From: a virus
Virus record (IMG/VR): IMGVR_UViG_3300013120_000110
Coordinates: 1 to 64,000 of that record
Length of the DNA stretch: 64,000 nt
Direction: 5' to 3' (one strand)
The position numbers were made by a program, and so were the translations under genes. Position 1 is the stretch's first letter. Every line of letters starts with the position of its first letter. The notes under the pieces were generated by a model that made no database searches, was not told the DNA's origin, and was given only the letters and a program-made list of their open reading frames with translations. Below, piece by piece: positions 26,443 through 35,267 of the stretch.

Positions 26443-27263
26443 CGTATGATCTCCCAGTATTCTCCGTCTTGCCACGCCTTGAGCACGCGGCGCATCCGGT
26501 GGATTAAGTCCCTTACAACAGAATGATGTGAGCCTGGTCGAGCCGCGCCCAGGTCACTCACAGACCTCTCGAACACGTTCAGCCGGTGGTTGGCCTCATG
26601 GAACCACGTCGTAGCAGGCTGGTAAGAGACGTGGCCCTTCGGCTGTCGCTTCTTAGAGGGCCGCTCACCAAACAGGGCTGCATACAGAGACGAAAACTCA
26701 CCCCGTTCCACCTCCCCAATGAGACGGCGCTGTTCACCCTCAACCAGAGAGGCTAGTTCCTCGACAACTCGCCCCGACGCCTTCAGTACACCAGTAGCGA
26801 TGGCCTGCTGAATATCGCGGGGTAGTTTCTCAAAAGCCCGCTGGTACACCAAAGATCGGTAAACCCGATGCTTAGTGACGCGCATCTCCTTCCCTAGCTC
26901 TGCCTGAGTTGTGTGTTCCTCGGCCATAGCCTTCAAGCGAGCCGCCAAAAGAAACTCATCGTGCTGTGTCATGTTGCGGCGCTGGCGATGCTGCTGAAGC
27001 CTCCACTGTTTAGCCTCAGCCATGGTCGGAAAGTACAGTGGGGTGGTGCTAAACGGTAGGCCGTGTTTGACGCAAATCTTGTAGCGGCGGTAGCCGTCCA
27101 CAATGATTACCTTCTTGCCCTTTGGTTCCGGCCAAACCTTGATGCTATCGCAAGGGCCACCCGACTTCAGAACGTCCGCCTCCAACTCAATATCACACTG
27201 AGGCGATGGCTCGGGTAATAAAGAGGATAACTCTTGGTCCTGTGTCAGTTTTACGTCACTCAT
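26439..27263 (-). CDS. ParB-like N-terminal domain protein with HTH
   Basis: IIVDGYRRYKIC, Q..RRNMT, TQAELGKEM. Confidence 0.75.
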   Translation of the reverse strand: MSDVKLTQDQELSSLLPEPSPQCDIELEADVLKSGGPCDSIKVWPEPKGKKVIIVDGYRRYKICVKHGLPFSTTPLYFPTMAEAKQWRLQQHRQRRNMTQHDEFLLAARLKAMAEEHTTQAELGKEMRVTKHRVYRSLVYQRAFEKLPRDIQQAIATGVLKASGRVVEELASLVEGEQRRLIGEVERGEFSSLYAALFGERPSKKRQPKGHVSYQPATTWFHEANHRLNVFERSVSDLGAARPGSHHSVVRDLIHRMRRVLKAWQDGEYWEIIR

Positions 27264-27627
27264 TAGTTTCCTCCTTGTACTCGCCCTCGTAATCCTCCCC
27301 GTATTCCTCCTCCTCTTCCTCCGCGCGCTCAGCCTCCTCCTTCTCGCGCGCCTCTTCAAGTTCCCGCAGAAACTTTTCGGTTTCGCTGGCAACCACCTGA
27401 TCGGACGGGCGGGCTTTACCGCTGATCTGGAGGCTGACATTGAATATACCCAGCCGGTTCTTCAGATACGCCTCCAGGCCGGGAAAGCGTTTCATTTCGT
27501 CATGCACCATGACCACAAACGGTGGCATAACATCGGGGGCAAACGGCGCCCATTCAATAAACCAGGGCTCATTGAACGCGAACCGCCGAAGCTGGAAACT
27601 CGCACGGCTTGAAAATCGCTTAGCCAT
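27256..27627 (-). CDS. hypothetical protein, acidic C-terminus
   Basis: AAGGAG RBS before ATG 27627. Confidence 0.6.
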   Translation of the reverse strand: MAKRFSSRASFQLRRFAFNEPWFIEWAPFAPDVMPPFVVMVHDEMKRFPGLEAYLKNRLGIFNVSLQISGKARPSDQVVASETEKFLRELEEAREKEEAERAEEEEEEYGEDYEGEYKEETNE

Positions 27628-27653
27628 TGGGATGCTCCTTACAGGGGGGGTTG

Positions 27654-27756
27654 AAAAAATCCGGCAGCAGGGCAGCCCGTAAAGCATCGGTTCGCACTTG
27701 GCGGATAACGGCCAAGGGATTCAGCGACGGGAAAGTGAAACCCGCCCTGCTACCGG
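27654..27756 (-). ncRNA. candidate structured RNA or large branched terminator
   Basis: 15-bp closing stem, CCCGT/ACGGG and CTTGGC/GCCAAG inner helices, 3' ATTTTTT. Confidence 0.45.
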
Positions 27757-27765
27757 GCAGTACGT

Positions 27766-27951
27766 TTACTCCTTTTTTCGTTTTCTACGTTCACGTAACA
27801 TGGCCTCTGCCGCGTTATATGCGCCATCAGCAACACCATTCCAAGTCATAGTCCCAGCTTGGTCCTGAATGATAATGGCTTGCATCGCCCGACTCGCAAG
27901 CTCATCGCACAAATCTTCTTCATAAAGGGTCATCTTCTCCTGTGGTGGCAT
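27766..27951 (-). CDS. hypothetical protein
   Basis: DELASRAMQA...AYNAAEAML.ER motif. Confidence 0.7.
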   Translation of the reverse strand: MPPQEKMTLYEEDLCDELASRAMQAIIIQDQAGTMTWNGVADGAYNAAEAMLRERRKRKKE

Positions 27952-28124
27952 TATCCTTCCTCCTTGTCAAACTTGGCAACTGCGCGGCTCATCAACCAAC
28001 CAGCTAGAATAAGCGGCGACATGAAGGTTATCCAAATCACTAAGAAAACAGCCACGATTGCTATGCCCACGTAGACAGGTGAATCGGCGGCAAAATCCGT
28101 TAGTAGATTAGTCTTCCGGCTCAT
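27951..28124 (-). CDS. small membrane protein
   Basis: Long hydrophobic segment. Confidence 0.6.
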   Translation of the reverse strand: MSRKTNLLTDFAADSPVYVGIAIVAVFLVIWITFMSPLILAGWLMSRAVAKFDKEEG

Positions 28125-28413
28125 CGACAATGCGCCCCACAATATGCCCCGCGCGAACCAAGGCGTAGTGCTTGCCGTTAATCTCCAGCGGCAACCCAGG
28201 CTGCTTTGGCATCAGCGCTATCACCTCTCCCGGGGAATACTCCTGGTCTATCCACACCCCAGTCTGTGTACGCCCGCCTGGGCCAACCGCCACTACCCTG
28301 CCCCGATCCACCCCGAGCGAATCACCGCTGGGCGGAACTGCCAATCCCATGGGCGTGAACCCCTTTTGGATCGGCTCGATCAAAACAAAATCGCCACTAG
28401 GCTTGAACTGCAT
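28108..28413 (-). CDS. groES: co-chaperonin GroES (Cpn10)-like
   Basis: KPSGDFVLIEP, GRVVAVGPG, Y.LV...IVG. Confidence 0.85.
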   Translation of the reverse strand: MQFKPSGDFVLIEPIQKGFTPMGLAVPPSGDSLGVDRGRVVAVGPGGRTQTGVWIDQEYSPGEVIALMPKQPGLPLEINGKHYALVRAGHIVGRIVDEPED

Positions 28414-28711
28414 CCTTTTCTCCTTCTACTTCCTCCGCCATCGCCCGTAGTATGGGCAAGGCAGCCTCGACTTCGCGCACTAGCCATGGTAAGATAACCT
28501 TCCGGTAGGTATAGGAATCTGTGCAACCCTTAGAGGGCCAGCGATGATAACTGGTATTACAGCGTAGCTCAGAGACAAATACCGAAAGGCTCCCGAACCC
28601 ACAGTCACCAAACTGGATCGTGACACCGACATTCGGCGTGATCTTCGCTTGCTCTTGGCGTGGTGGTGGCGCAGTATGTTCAACTGCCGCCTCCCATTGG
28701 GGCAGCTTCAT
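28397..28711 (-). CDS. hypothetical protein
   Basis: GGAGG RBS, overlap coupling. Confidence 0.55.
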   Translation of the reverse strand: MKLPQWEAAVEHTAPPPRQEQAKITPNVGVTIQFGDCGFGSLSVFVSELRCNTSYHRWPSKGCTDSYTYRKVILPWLVREVEAALPILRAMAEEVEGEKDAVQA

Positions 28712-29079
28712 TTTTGGCCCTCCGGTATTTTGACACGCACGCCCCAAGTCATCTGCCCCGGATGACCCGGTTTCGGTACGTTGTAGTCCACATACAACAC
28801 GATCTTTTTCCCCACCCATTTACTTGTCTCCACACCCCAGGCCCGGATCAACGGGATACGCTTGTAAAGCGTCAGCAACAACTCTTTCTTGTGATCCTTG
28901 AACTTGAGGCTAAATTGTTCCTTCTTTGTTCGCCCCGACTCAAACACTAAATCGTAATTCTTCTTGCAACACTCGATCTCTACCTCTACGTCCCCGAGGC
29001 CCGCAATGTCTTCGGCGCCGAGCCATTTAGCGTCGGCCCGCATGGCTGAGGTACGCCCCGTAAAAACTTCAGTCCGCAT
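28708..29079 (-). CDS. phage protein, possible ssDNA-binding/recombination partner
   Basis: KWLGAEDI...L.F....K.L.L...WG.E...W.GKKI.LY; lies near the RecE-like nuclease. Confidence 0.65.
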   Translation of the reverse strand: MRTEVFTGRTSAMRADAKWLGAEDIAGLGDVEVEIECCKKNYDLVFESGRTKKEQFSLKFKDHKKELLLTLYKRIPLIRAWGVETSKWVGKKIVLYVDYNVPKPGHPGQMTWGVRVKIPEGQK

Positions 29080-29297
29080 TTCTTACAATCCCCTGCTACG
29101 TTATCCCCCTTCACTTCCCGGCCCGCCGCAAATGTTTGCGCGGGCCCGCTTGAAATGGCGCCAAACCTCAGTTCTCGATAGCACTCAGCACACAGTGGCC
29201 GACCACGCCAAGCAATCTTGGCAAAATCACCGCAAGCGGAGCATGTTGTACTGCCATTCTGCCCCAACACCTTGACATACTGTTCTTCATTTATCAT
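28986..29297 (-). CDS. small Zn-finger protein
   Basis: CSAC...LCAEC. Confidence 0.5.
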   Translation of the reverse strand: MINEEQYVKVLGQNGSTTCSACGDFAKIAWRGRPLCAECYRELRFGAISSGPAQTFAAGREVKGDNVAGDCKKCGLKFLRGVPQPCGPTLNGSAPKTLRASGT

Positions 29298-30220
29298 GGC
29301 TCCAGCCTTTTATCTGGGGGTTCATGTTGCACTTCCATCGCGCCAGTCAACTCCTGGTCGGCCTCGGGCATGTGCCAGGGCTTGGTTTGTAATTCACCGT
29401 CCCGGCCCTCATCCTTGCCAGGCCACTCACCAGTGTCGATACACTTACGCACTTTCCAAATCACCTCCAGCCCCTTGTCGGCCCCGTAATCCAACACGGC
29501 GTCAGCGATGGGGTACACGATAATGTCATAAGGTGGCGTCTTCTCCAGGGCGATGACAGTCACCCCCCACGATTCGCCAGTTAGCTTTTGCAACCAGCGC
29601 TGATAGAGCCCCAGCTTCACATCGTAGTGAAGATCATAGAACTGGTTGGAGAAACTAGGTTCGTCAATCGCCCGAGCGGTTTTAAGATCGACTAACCGGC
29701 GTAGGTTTGTCGCAAGCCAGTCCACGCGGCCCCGACACTGTACGTCATTCTCTGTGGCAAGTAGCGTAACCTCAGCCCGGCCAGCCATGATGAGTTCACG
29801 GACCCCATCCTTTTTGGGAAACTGTTGGGAGGCGTGAATGACAGTGGCTAGCTGTTGAGTAGTCAGGATTTCCTTGTCGTTTTGCCAACACGCATCAGCA
29901 AACTTCAGGTAATCCTTCCCGGCCCGACGCCCCTCCCAGGCGGAGTAGCGGTTAGGGAACTCCCGACCCTCAAATAGAGCGCAATGAACGGCCCGACCCC
30001 ACCGAAGATCGTCCGTGTCCGGGCGCCCGTGGTCCCAGCGGTACTTGAGGTCCAGCATCGACCCCTTTGGTGGGAGCCCATTCGCTATCGTGGATGGGTT
30101 GAGGCCGACAATATCCTTATAGACCCGCCATGGCAGGCGATCACAGATTTCGTTACGCTGGCCCCCGACAACACGCGATATGTCACGAGGGGAGAGCGGC
30201 TGAGCGATAGCGCTTTCCAC
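29294..30220 (-). CDS. RecE/exonuclease VIII-like PD-(D/E)XK nuclease (DUF3799-like)
   Basis: WGRAVHC, AEVT, CRGRVDW, VDLKT, Y..KLGLY, EKTPPY; GGAGG RBS before GTG 30220. Confidence 0.85.
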   Translation of the reverse strand: MESAIAQPLSPRDISRVVGGQRNEICDRLPWRVYKDIVGLNPSTIANGLPPKGSMLDLKYRWDHGRPDTDDLRWGRAVHCALFEGREFPNRYSAWEGRRAGKDYLKFADACWQNDKEILTTQQLATVIHASQQFPKKDGVRELIMAGRAEVTLLATENDVQCRGRVDWLATNLRRLVDLKTARAIDEPSFSNQFYDLHYDVKLGLYQRWLQKLTGESWGVTVIALEKTPPYDIIVYPIADAVLDYGADKGLEVIWKVRKCIDTGEWPGKDEGRDGELQTKPWHMPEADQELTGAMEVQHEPPDKRLEP

Positions 30221-30248
30221 AAAGAGCCTCCATGATTTTGTCGCTCGA

Positions 30249-30545
30249 TTAGTAACAGTTCTTAAACCACGCCCCAGCAGCAGCAGCAAACAGGATGGTT
30301 GCTATTACCCAAAGTGCCCGTAGTCCCAAAAGCATTGTGCGTTGAACATGCTCTTGCTTTGACACTCTAGCTATGAGGCCGGGACATTTACTCTGTAGAC
30401 CATGCTCGCCATGCAGGTCTGTTTTAATATGCCTGATCTCTTCCAGGCCGCGTTCAAGCTGTGTCCCTATCTTCTCCACTTGGACATGGTACTGGTGTAT
30501 GTCAGTTCGTAACGCACCCAACTCCGTTTGCTCTGAATGATTCAT
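30249..30545 (-). CDS. coiled-coil plus C-terminal TM protein (holin/hemolysin-like)
   Basis: PGLIARV motif followed by one TM helix. Confidence 0.55.
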   Translation of the reverse strand: MNHSEQTELGALRTDIHQYHVQVEKIGTQLERGLEEIRHIKTDLHGEHGLQSKCPGLIARVSKQEHVQRTMLLGLRALWVIATILFAAAAGAWFKNCY

Positions 30546-30629
30546 GGGTTATCCTTTCCCCTGGCCCTCCCGACGCCGACCCCGGCAAAAACCGGCGCCG
30601 GGAGGGCATCCAACCCCCGCACAACAACT

Positions 30630-30989
30630 CTACGACTGCTGCAAGACCTTGAGCATTTCAGCCTTCTTGGCTGGATCATGCTCGGCATAGTAAGTACAAA
30701 CCTTCTTCGTCACGTCATGCAGCTTGGCGACCATCGCCTCATCACTACGCATGGCTGTGACAATCTGGGCTACCTTGTGAACTAAGCCCGAGTAGTCCCC
30801 GATAGCGTAGTCCTGGTAAATGCTGCTGAAGAAGTCTAAGCCCCAGGTATTCATCAACTTCATCAACTCGATGGCGTGCCGTCGCCGCTTCTCACGGCGG
30901 TTGTAGAGCCACAGCACTCCCAGTGTGAGTAACACGGCCCCAACCCCGAGTGTGGCGTACTGGTACGCAATAGGCATTGAATCTAACAT
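30630..30989 (-). CDS. N-terminally anchored membrane protein
   Basis: TM helix followed by RREKRRR. Confidence 0.65.
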   Translation of the reverse strand: MLDSMPIAYQYATLGVGAVLLTLGVLWLYNRREKRRRHAIELMKLMNTWGLDFFSSIYQDYAIGDYSGLVHKVAQIVTAMRSDEAMVAKLHDVTKKVCTYYAEHDPAKKAEMLKVLQQS

Positions 30990-30991
30990 TC

Positions 30992-32164
30992 CTATATCCC
31001 CTCTCCGCTAGCCTTACCGCCAGCAAAATAAATCACAAACGCTACAGCGATCCCGACCAACACAACCAACCCACCCAACAACGGCGAGCGATCCGGCTCT
31101 GATATAACAGGCGGCGGGATAGGATGGGGAGCCACGTCTACATCGACCCGGCCCTTGTCTACCTGAACACTCACTTGCTTTTCGAGTGCCGCTAGTAAAG
31201 CATCTAGGCGTGCGTCAGTAGCGTCGTGACGCTTCTCGGCCTCACCACGCCAAGGTAAGATAGGTTTCTTGCCCGGCTGTGGTACAGGGACTAGCGGCCC
31301 CATGCTAGGCGGCGTTGGCCGAGTTGTATAAACTCCTAGCTGTTCATAGGATTCAGCAGCCTTATTCAACATGAGGTGCAAACGCCCAGGCTGAACACAA
31401 AACACCCGCTTGTTGTCCCGGCCCCAGAGTATGCCAATCAGCTTACCCCTACGATTAAACACAGGCCCACCAGAATCGCCGGGCCGGGCATGACCACTAA
31501 TCAGCATCCAATCATGCACGTTAGGTCTACCACGCTCCGAGAAGCGGTAGCCTAGAAACATACCCGTATTCGAGGCGAGTTCCCCGTCCCCACCGTACCC
31601 AAGGGATTCTAAACGATCCCCCTCATTTGGTGCGGCAGATGGGCCAACCTCAACTTCGGCAGGCTGAACCTCATACTTCTTAGGCCAATAGCCCTCGGGC
31701 CACCAGCCCGTTTCAGTACGCAGCCGTAGCACAGCACAGTCCCAGGTATTATCTATGGCAATCACGCGAGCCGATATTCTGGCCCCACTTGCCAAGACAA
31801 CATGAATCTCCTTTGCCCCTTTGGCTACATGCTGCGCTGTTACCACTAGGACCTTGCCGCCCCAATGTACAACTACGCCCGAGCCAATCTTGTGATAGTC
31901 GTTACACCTTGGACATAAGCCAGTCAACCGGACCACGCTAGCCCGATGGCCTTTGGCCCAGGCATAGCGCCACGCTCTGGTGGGGCCGACCTTCACCTTA
32001 ACGTCAACTCTCGGGGCGGGCGCAACCACTTGACTACCGTAGGTAATCGTGCAGCCGGGCCCCTCACACCCTCCAGCGTTGGTGTTCACAGGCGCAGCGA
32101 ACAGGATCACCGCCATAAGACCCGCGAACAACAAGCTCCACATCCAATACTTCCGCGTCATCAC
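30992..32164 (-). CDS. trypsin-like serine protease, exported and C-terminally membrane anchored
   Basis: TAQHV (H), WDCAVL (D), GDSGGP (S); N-terminal signal/TM and C-terminal TM. Confidence 0.9.
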   Translation of the reverse strand: MMTRKYWMWSLLFAGLMAVILFAAPVNTNAGGCEGPGCTITYGSQVVAPAPRVDVKVKVGPTRAWRYAWAKGHRASVVRLTGLCPRCNDYHKIGSGVVVHWGGKVLVVTAQHVAKGAKEIHVVLASGARISARVIAIDNTWDCAVLRLRTETGWWPEGYWPKKYEVQPAEVEVGPSAAPNEGDRLESLGYGGDGELASNTGMFLGYRFSERGRPNVHDWMLISGHARPGDSGGPVFNRRGKLIGILWGRDNKRVFCVQPGRLHLMLNKAAESYEQLGVYTTRPTPPSMGPLVPVPQPGKKPILPWRGEAEKRHDATDARLDALLAALEKQVSVQVDKGRVDVDVAPHPIPPPVISEPDRSPLLGGLVVLVGIAVAFVIYFAGGKASGEGI

Positions 32165-32179
32165 ATGCTCCTCTCTAAG

Positions 32180-32746
32180 TTACGCTACCTTTTCTCCGTA
32201 AACCTCAAACTTGCCGTTTTTTCCTAACCGCTTGGTCGCTTTCAGTCGATTACACTTTCGACAGGCAAGAACAATGTTGCTTATGGTGTGTTTACCGCCC
32301 TTAGCTCGTGGAACAACATGGTCAATCCCCGTTGGTTGATCCCATCGTGATGCAAGGCGAACCTTACAGCCGCAATAAACACACTTCTCCTTATCTCGAC
32401 GGTAAATTGCGTGAAGCTGCTCCTTCGTCAAATCGCCCTCTCGCCACCACTCTCTCGTTCTGCGACTTCTTTCCCTGCTTCGGCGGCGGTATTCATCAGG
32501 ATGTTCTAGTCGCATTTTCTTTTCCCATTGGCGCTGGGCCTGTGTTCCGCCAGGGTGTTTTCGGTACTGATTCCGCTTGAACTCCCGGTTGCATTTGGGA
32601 CAAAGCCCTTTTGCGTTGCGAACACCAATAAAACCACATCGTCCACAATCGAAACGTGTTCCCGCTAGGGCCCTCATTTTTAGAGCATAACGGCGACGCG
32701 CCTCTTTACGTTCATTGGTATTAGGGCGAATCCTTTTGGTACACAC
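32180..32746 (-). CDS. HNH endonuclease
   Basis: CVYCG, IDHVVP..KGG.H...N....C..CN..K. Confidence 0.9.
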   Translation of the reverse strand: MCTKRIRPNTNERKEARRRYALKMRALAGTRFDCGRCGFIGVRNAKGLCPKCNREFKRNQYRKHPGGTQAQRQWEKKMRLEHPDEYRRRSRERSRRTREWWREGDLTKEQLHAIYRRDKEKCVYCGCKVRLASRWDQPTGIDHVVPRAKGGKHTISNIVLACRKCNRLKATKRLGKNGKFEVYGEKVA

Positions 32747-32754
32747 AAGCCTGG

Positions 32755-33021
32755 CTAGCCCTTTGTCCGCCGAGGATCAAGGCCGTAGGTTCGTTCTGAC
32801 TGATACTCTCCGTCAGCCTTTCGGATTTTAACCTGGGTTAGTGCGCCGGTCAGTTCATGGGTATCTCGGGCAAGCTCACAGGCGTCGAAAACAGCATCAC
32901 GCTTCGTCTCGAACAACATCCCTACACCTGCCAATGACTTCACTCCCTCTACGACGAACACCCAACACTTTTTCTTGTCGGGCCGCACACCCGGTTTAAC
33001 ATCAAACACGATCCGCTTCAT
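32755..33021 (-). CDS. DUF2188-like protein
   Basis: FETKRDAV...A...QVKIRKADGEYQSERTYG.DP...KG. Confidence 0.75.
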   Translation of the reverse strand: MKRIVFDVKPGVRPDKKKCWVFVVEGVKSLAGVGMLFETKRDAVFDACELARDTHELTGALTQVKIRKADGEYQSERTYGLDPRRTKG

Positions 33022-33042
33022 TACTCGTACCTCCTGTTTGGT

Positions 33043-33561
33043 TCAGGCCACAACCTTAGCCCATGTTCTCCTATGTCGAATCTTGGAAATCGCCTGAGGA
33101 TAGACGCCATACTTCCTAGCCAGGGAGGCACTTGACGCGCCATTAGCGCACTTTCGCCGTATCTCTCGCACGTCATCTTCAGATAACGTATTCCGAGGAC
33201 GACCCTTGCGCATCCCAGATTGAGCTACATCGGCCCCATTCTCTGCCTTGGTCCCCCACGCAAGGTTTCGGATATGGTTGTTCAGCTTGTCGCTGTCGAG
33301 GTGACGAGCCTCATAGCCTTTGAGCCTCGGGCCAACAAACGCTTCCAGCATTGCTCGATGCAACCTGACACGTCTGGTTCGTCCACTAGCATCTACTAGG
33401 TTGAGAGTAGGATAATCGTCTGACTGTATCTGCGGTTTCAATGGATGTAGGTTTACAACACCCTTCCGCTTGCTCCGTTCACTGTAGACAACACCATCTA
33501 TCCTCGCGTGGTAGCCAGGAAAGCCCGGTACTGGCCGTATCTCAAAACCCTCATGTGTCAT
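33043..33561 (-). CDS. NUMOD4/HNH homing endonuclease with C-terminal HTH
   Basis: PVPGFPGY, LHR..LEAFVG, RHLD..K.NN...NLAWGT..EN. Confidence 0.88.
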   Translation of the reverse strand: MTHEGFEIRPVPGFPGYHARIDGVVYSERSKRKGVVNLHPLKPQIQSDDYPTLNLVDASGRTRRVRLHRAMLEAFVGPRLKGYEARHLDSDKLNNHIRNLAWGTKAENGADVAQSGMRKGRPRNTLSEDDVREIRRKCANGASSASLARKYGVYPQAISKIRHRRTWAKVVA

Positions 33562-34127
33562 CGCTTGTACCTCCATTTGCTCTTGTCAAACGTAATGACT
33601 GCCGTGTAATGGGTTCCGTTCTTGCCCCGAGCCCTACCCCAGCCGATAGCATCATGCTTCCGGCAAGCCACGGCCCAATGGCCCCTTGAGTGTTTCCACG
33701 ACCAAAACGCATCGGCCCACAATCGGTTGTCGTCGGCGTCACGCATCCAGGGCCAACTCTGCGCACAAATCTCGGCATATTGCCCCTGCCCTAATTGGTT
33801 TGCCAATCTCATCCACCGCCGTTCCCAAAGCTGGTGCCCTTGCTCCCGAAAGAACGCCATGTAATCGGCGTGCATTTGAGCAGCGCCCATCAAGACCTCA
33901 TTTCGTGTTGAGCGAAAGAGCGGATACTTGTCCGCCATTTTGGCGTGCCACGTGCCCGGCTCTAGGGGGATCGGCCTCGGAGGCTCATAGCCCCAGGCGT
34001 AGTGGGCCAAGTACATCACAGCCATCGCTACAAACGCTCCAACCAGGAAGCAGCGGAGTACATCCCATGCCGTTACACGCTGTTCCTCGAATACAGGCTT
34101 ACCAGTCTCGGGGTCGTATTTAATCAT
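33558..34127 (-). CDS. CAP (SCP/PR-1) domain protein with N-terminal TM
   Basis: AAQMHADYMA, GH, EICA, W..S.GHW. Confidence 0.75.
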   Translation of the reverse strand: MIKYDPETGKPVFEEQRVTAWDVLRCFLVGAFVAMAVMYLAHYAWGYEPPRPIPLEPGTWHAKMADKYPLFRSTRNEVLMGAAQMHADYMAFFREQGHQLWERRWMRLANQLGQGQYAEICAQSWPWMRDADDNRLWADAFWSWKHSRGHWAVACRKHDAIGWGRARGKNGTHYTAVITFDKSKWRYKR

Positions 34128-34804
34128 GTGGCTGCCGCTTTGGCCTTCCTTTTCTTAGGGGAGTGTACCTCTGCCACGATAGGACCCACCGCTTGCAAAC
34201 TAACCTGACATCCCGTCAGACAATCGCCCATAAAAATAACGAACATATCGCGGTAGGCTGCGCTGCGGGCCAGGTCGCCCGGCTCTGTCAGCCGATCCGC
34301 TAGGTGGGGAACGGGGTCAACACCCCCAGCCCGATCCGCCCGGGCCACCGCCTGGGAGCAAAATGGGAGGCTCCCATTGGATGTGTCGCGGAGGTCCCAC
34401 TTGGCGAATAGCCGCGTCACAGGCAGGTGGAGCATCGCCGCTTTAATGAGGTTCCACCACCCATACGGCTTGCCTGTTATGTTAATCATGGCCTCAATCG
34501 CCTTCTGGACGTTGTACGGGCGCTGTTGGATACGGCGGATCAAGATACCCCCCGGATGATTCGCCACCACCTGGGAGAAGTGGATCGCCCTCCCCCCCCT
34601 CCATTCCCTCGTTTCCAAAGCCATCAGCCGACGGTAACGGCCCCGCCCCCACCACGCGAGCTTACCAGCGTGTGAGGCGTTGTTTCGGCCCGATATGGTG
34701 ATCGCTAGCGTGGCAAGTGAGTAGAGGGACTGATTCAAGACCAGGAAGGTGTCGCCGTCCTTGATCTTCTCACGCACGGAGTTGTACGGTACAGCTTCTT
34801 TCAC
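34124..34804 (-). CDS. permuted papain-like (NlpC/P60, YiiX/YebB-like) amidase
   Basis: SHAG before G.PYG and FCSQAV, PGDL. Confidence 0.8.
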   Translation of the reverse strand: MKEAVPYNSVREKIKDGDTFLVLNQSLYSLATLAITISGRNNASHAGKLAWWGRGRYRRLMALETREWRGGRAIHFSQVVANHPGGILIRRIQQRPYNVQKAIEAMINITGKPYGWWNLIKAAMLHLPVTRLFAKWDLRDTSNGSLPFCSQAVARADRAGGVDPVPHLADRLTEPGDLARSAAYRDMFVIFMGDCLTGCQVSLQAVGPIVAEVHSPKKRKAKAAAT

Positions 34805-35073
34805 TTCTTCCCTCTCTTGCGGGGCTTGGCCTTGGGTTTAGCATTGCGACCCCCTTGACGGCTCGCCTTCTTTGGCGTAAGATGGTCCTCGATCAGCCCG
34901 TTGAGCTTGGTGATGGCCCTACAAATGCTCTCGATGCTCTCTGTTGTCGCGTCAGTCAATTCGTCGTGCGCAGACCAGAGGTTATCGAGATCATCTGAAT
35001 GTTCCTTCAGTTTGGCTTTCACGTCTTTCATCGGATCATCGGGATCACTCGAAGGGTTCTTGGTTTTCCCCAT
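34801..35073 (-). CDS. hypothetical coiled-coil protein with basic tail
   Basis: GAGG RBS before ATG 35073; first gene after strong promoter. Confidence 0.6.
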   Translation of the reverse strand: MGKTKNPSSDPDDPMKDVKAKLKEHSDDLDNLWSAHDELTDATTESIESICRAITKLNGLIEDHLTPKKASRQGGRNAKPKAKPRKRGKK

Positions 35074-35185
35074 TATCCTCACCATCAGGCTCCATTTATC
35101 CTTGAGCCTCATCAACAAGCGTGGTAAGCGAGAATACATTTTTGATTGTCACCAGTGAAGGTTCGTGATTACTAGATCAAGGATC

Positions 35186-35213
35186 ATTATAGCAAGTCTC
35201 AAGAATCTGTCAA
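35186..35213 (-). promoter_or_regulatory. consensus sigma70 promoter with extended -10
   Basis: Reverse strand TTGACA, 16 bp ending TGC, TATAAT. Confidence 0.88.
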
Positions 35214-35217
35214 GGGG

Positions 35218-35240
35218 TAATCTGACCCAAAGTCAGATTA
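35218..35240. promoter_or_regulatory. palindromic operator candidate
   Basis: TAATCTGAC-CCAAA-GTCAGATTA, just upstream of the -35 box. Confidence 0.65.
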
Positions 35241-35267
35241 TTTTCCAAAATGGCCCGTTAGGGGGGG

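Noticed and set aside
27661-27756. Hammerhead ribozyme or Y RNA
   Set aside because: Lacks the CUGAnGA/GAAA core and the Ro60-binding helix motif.
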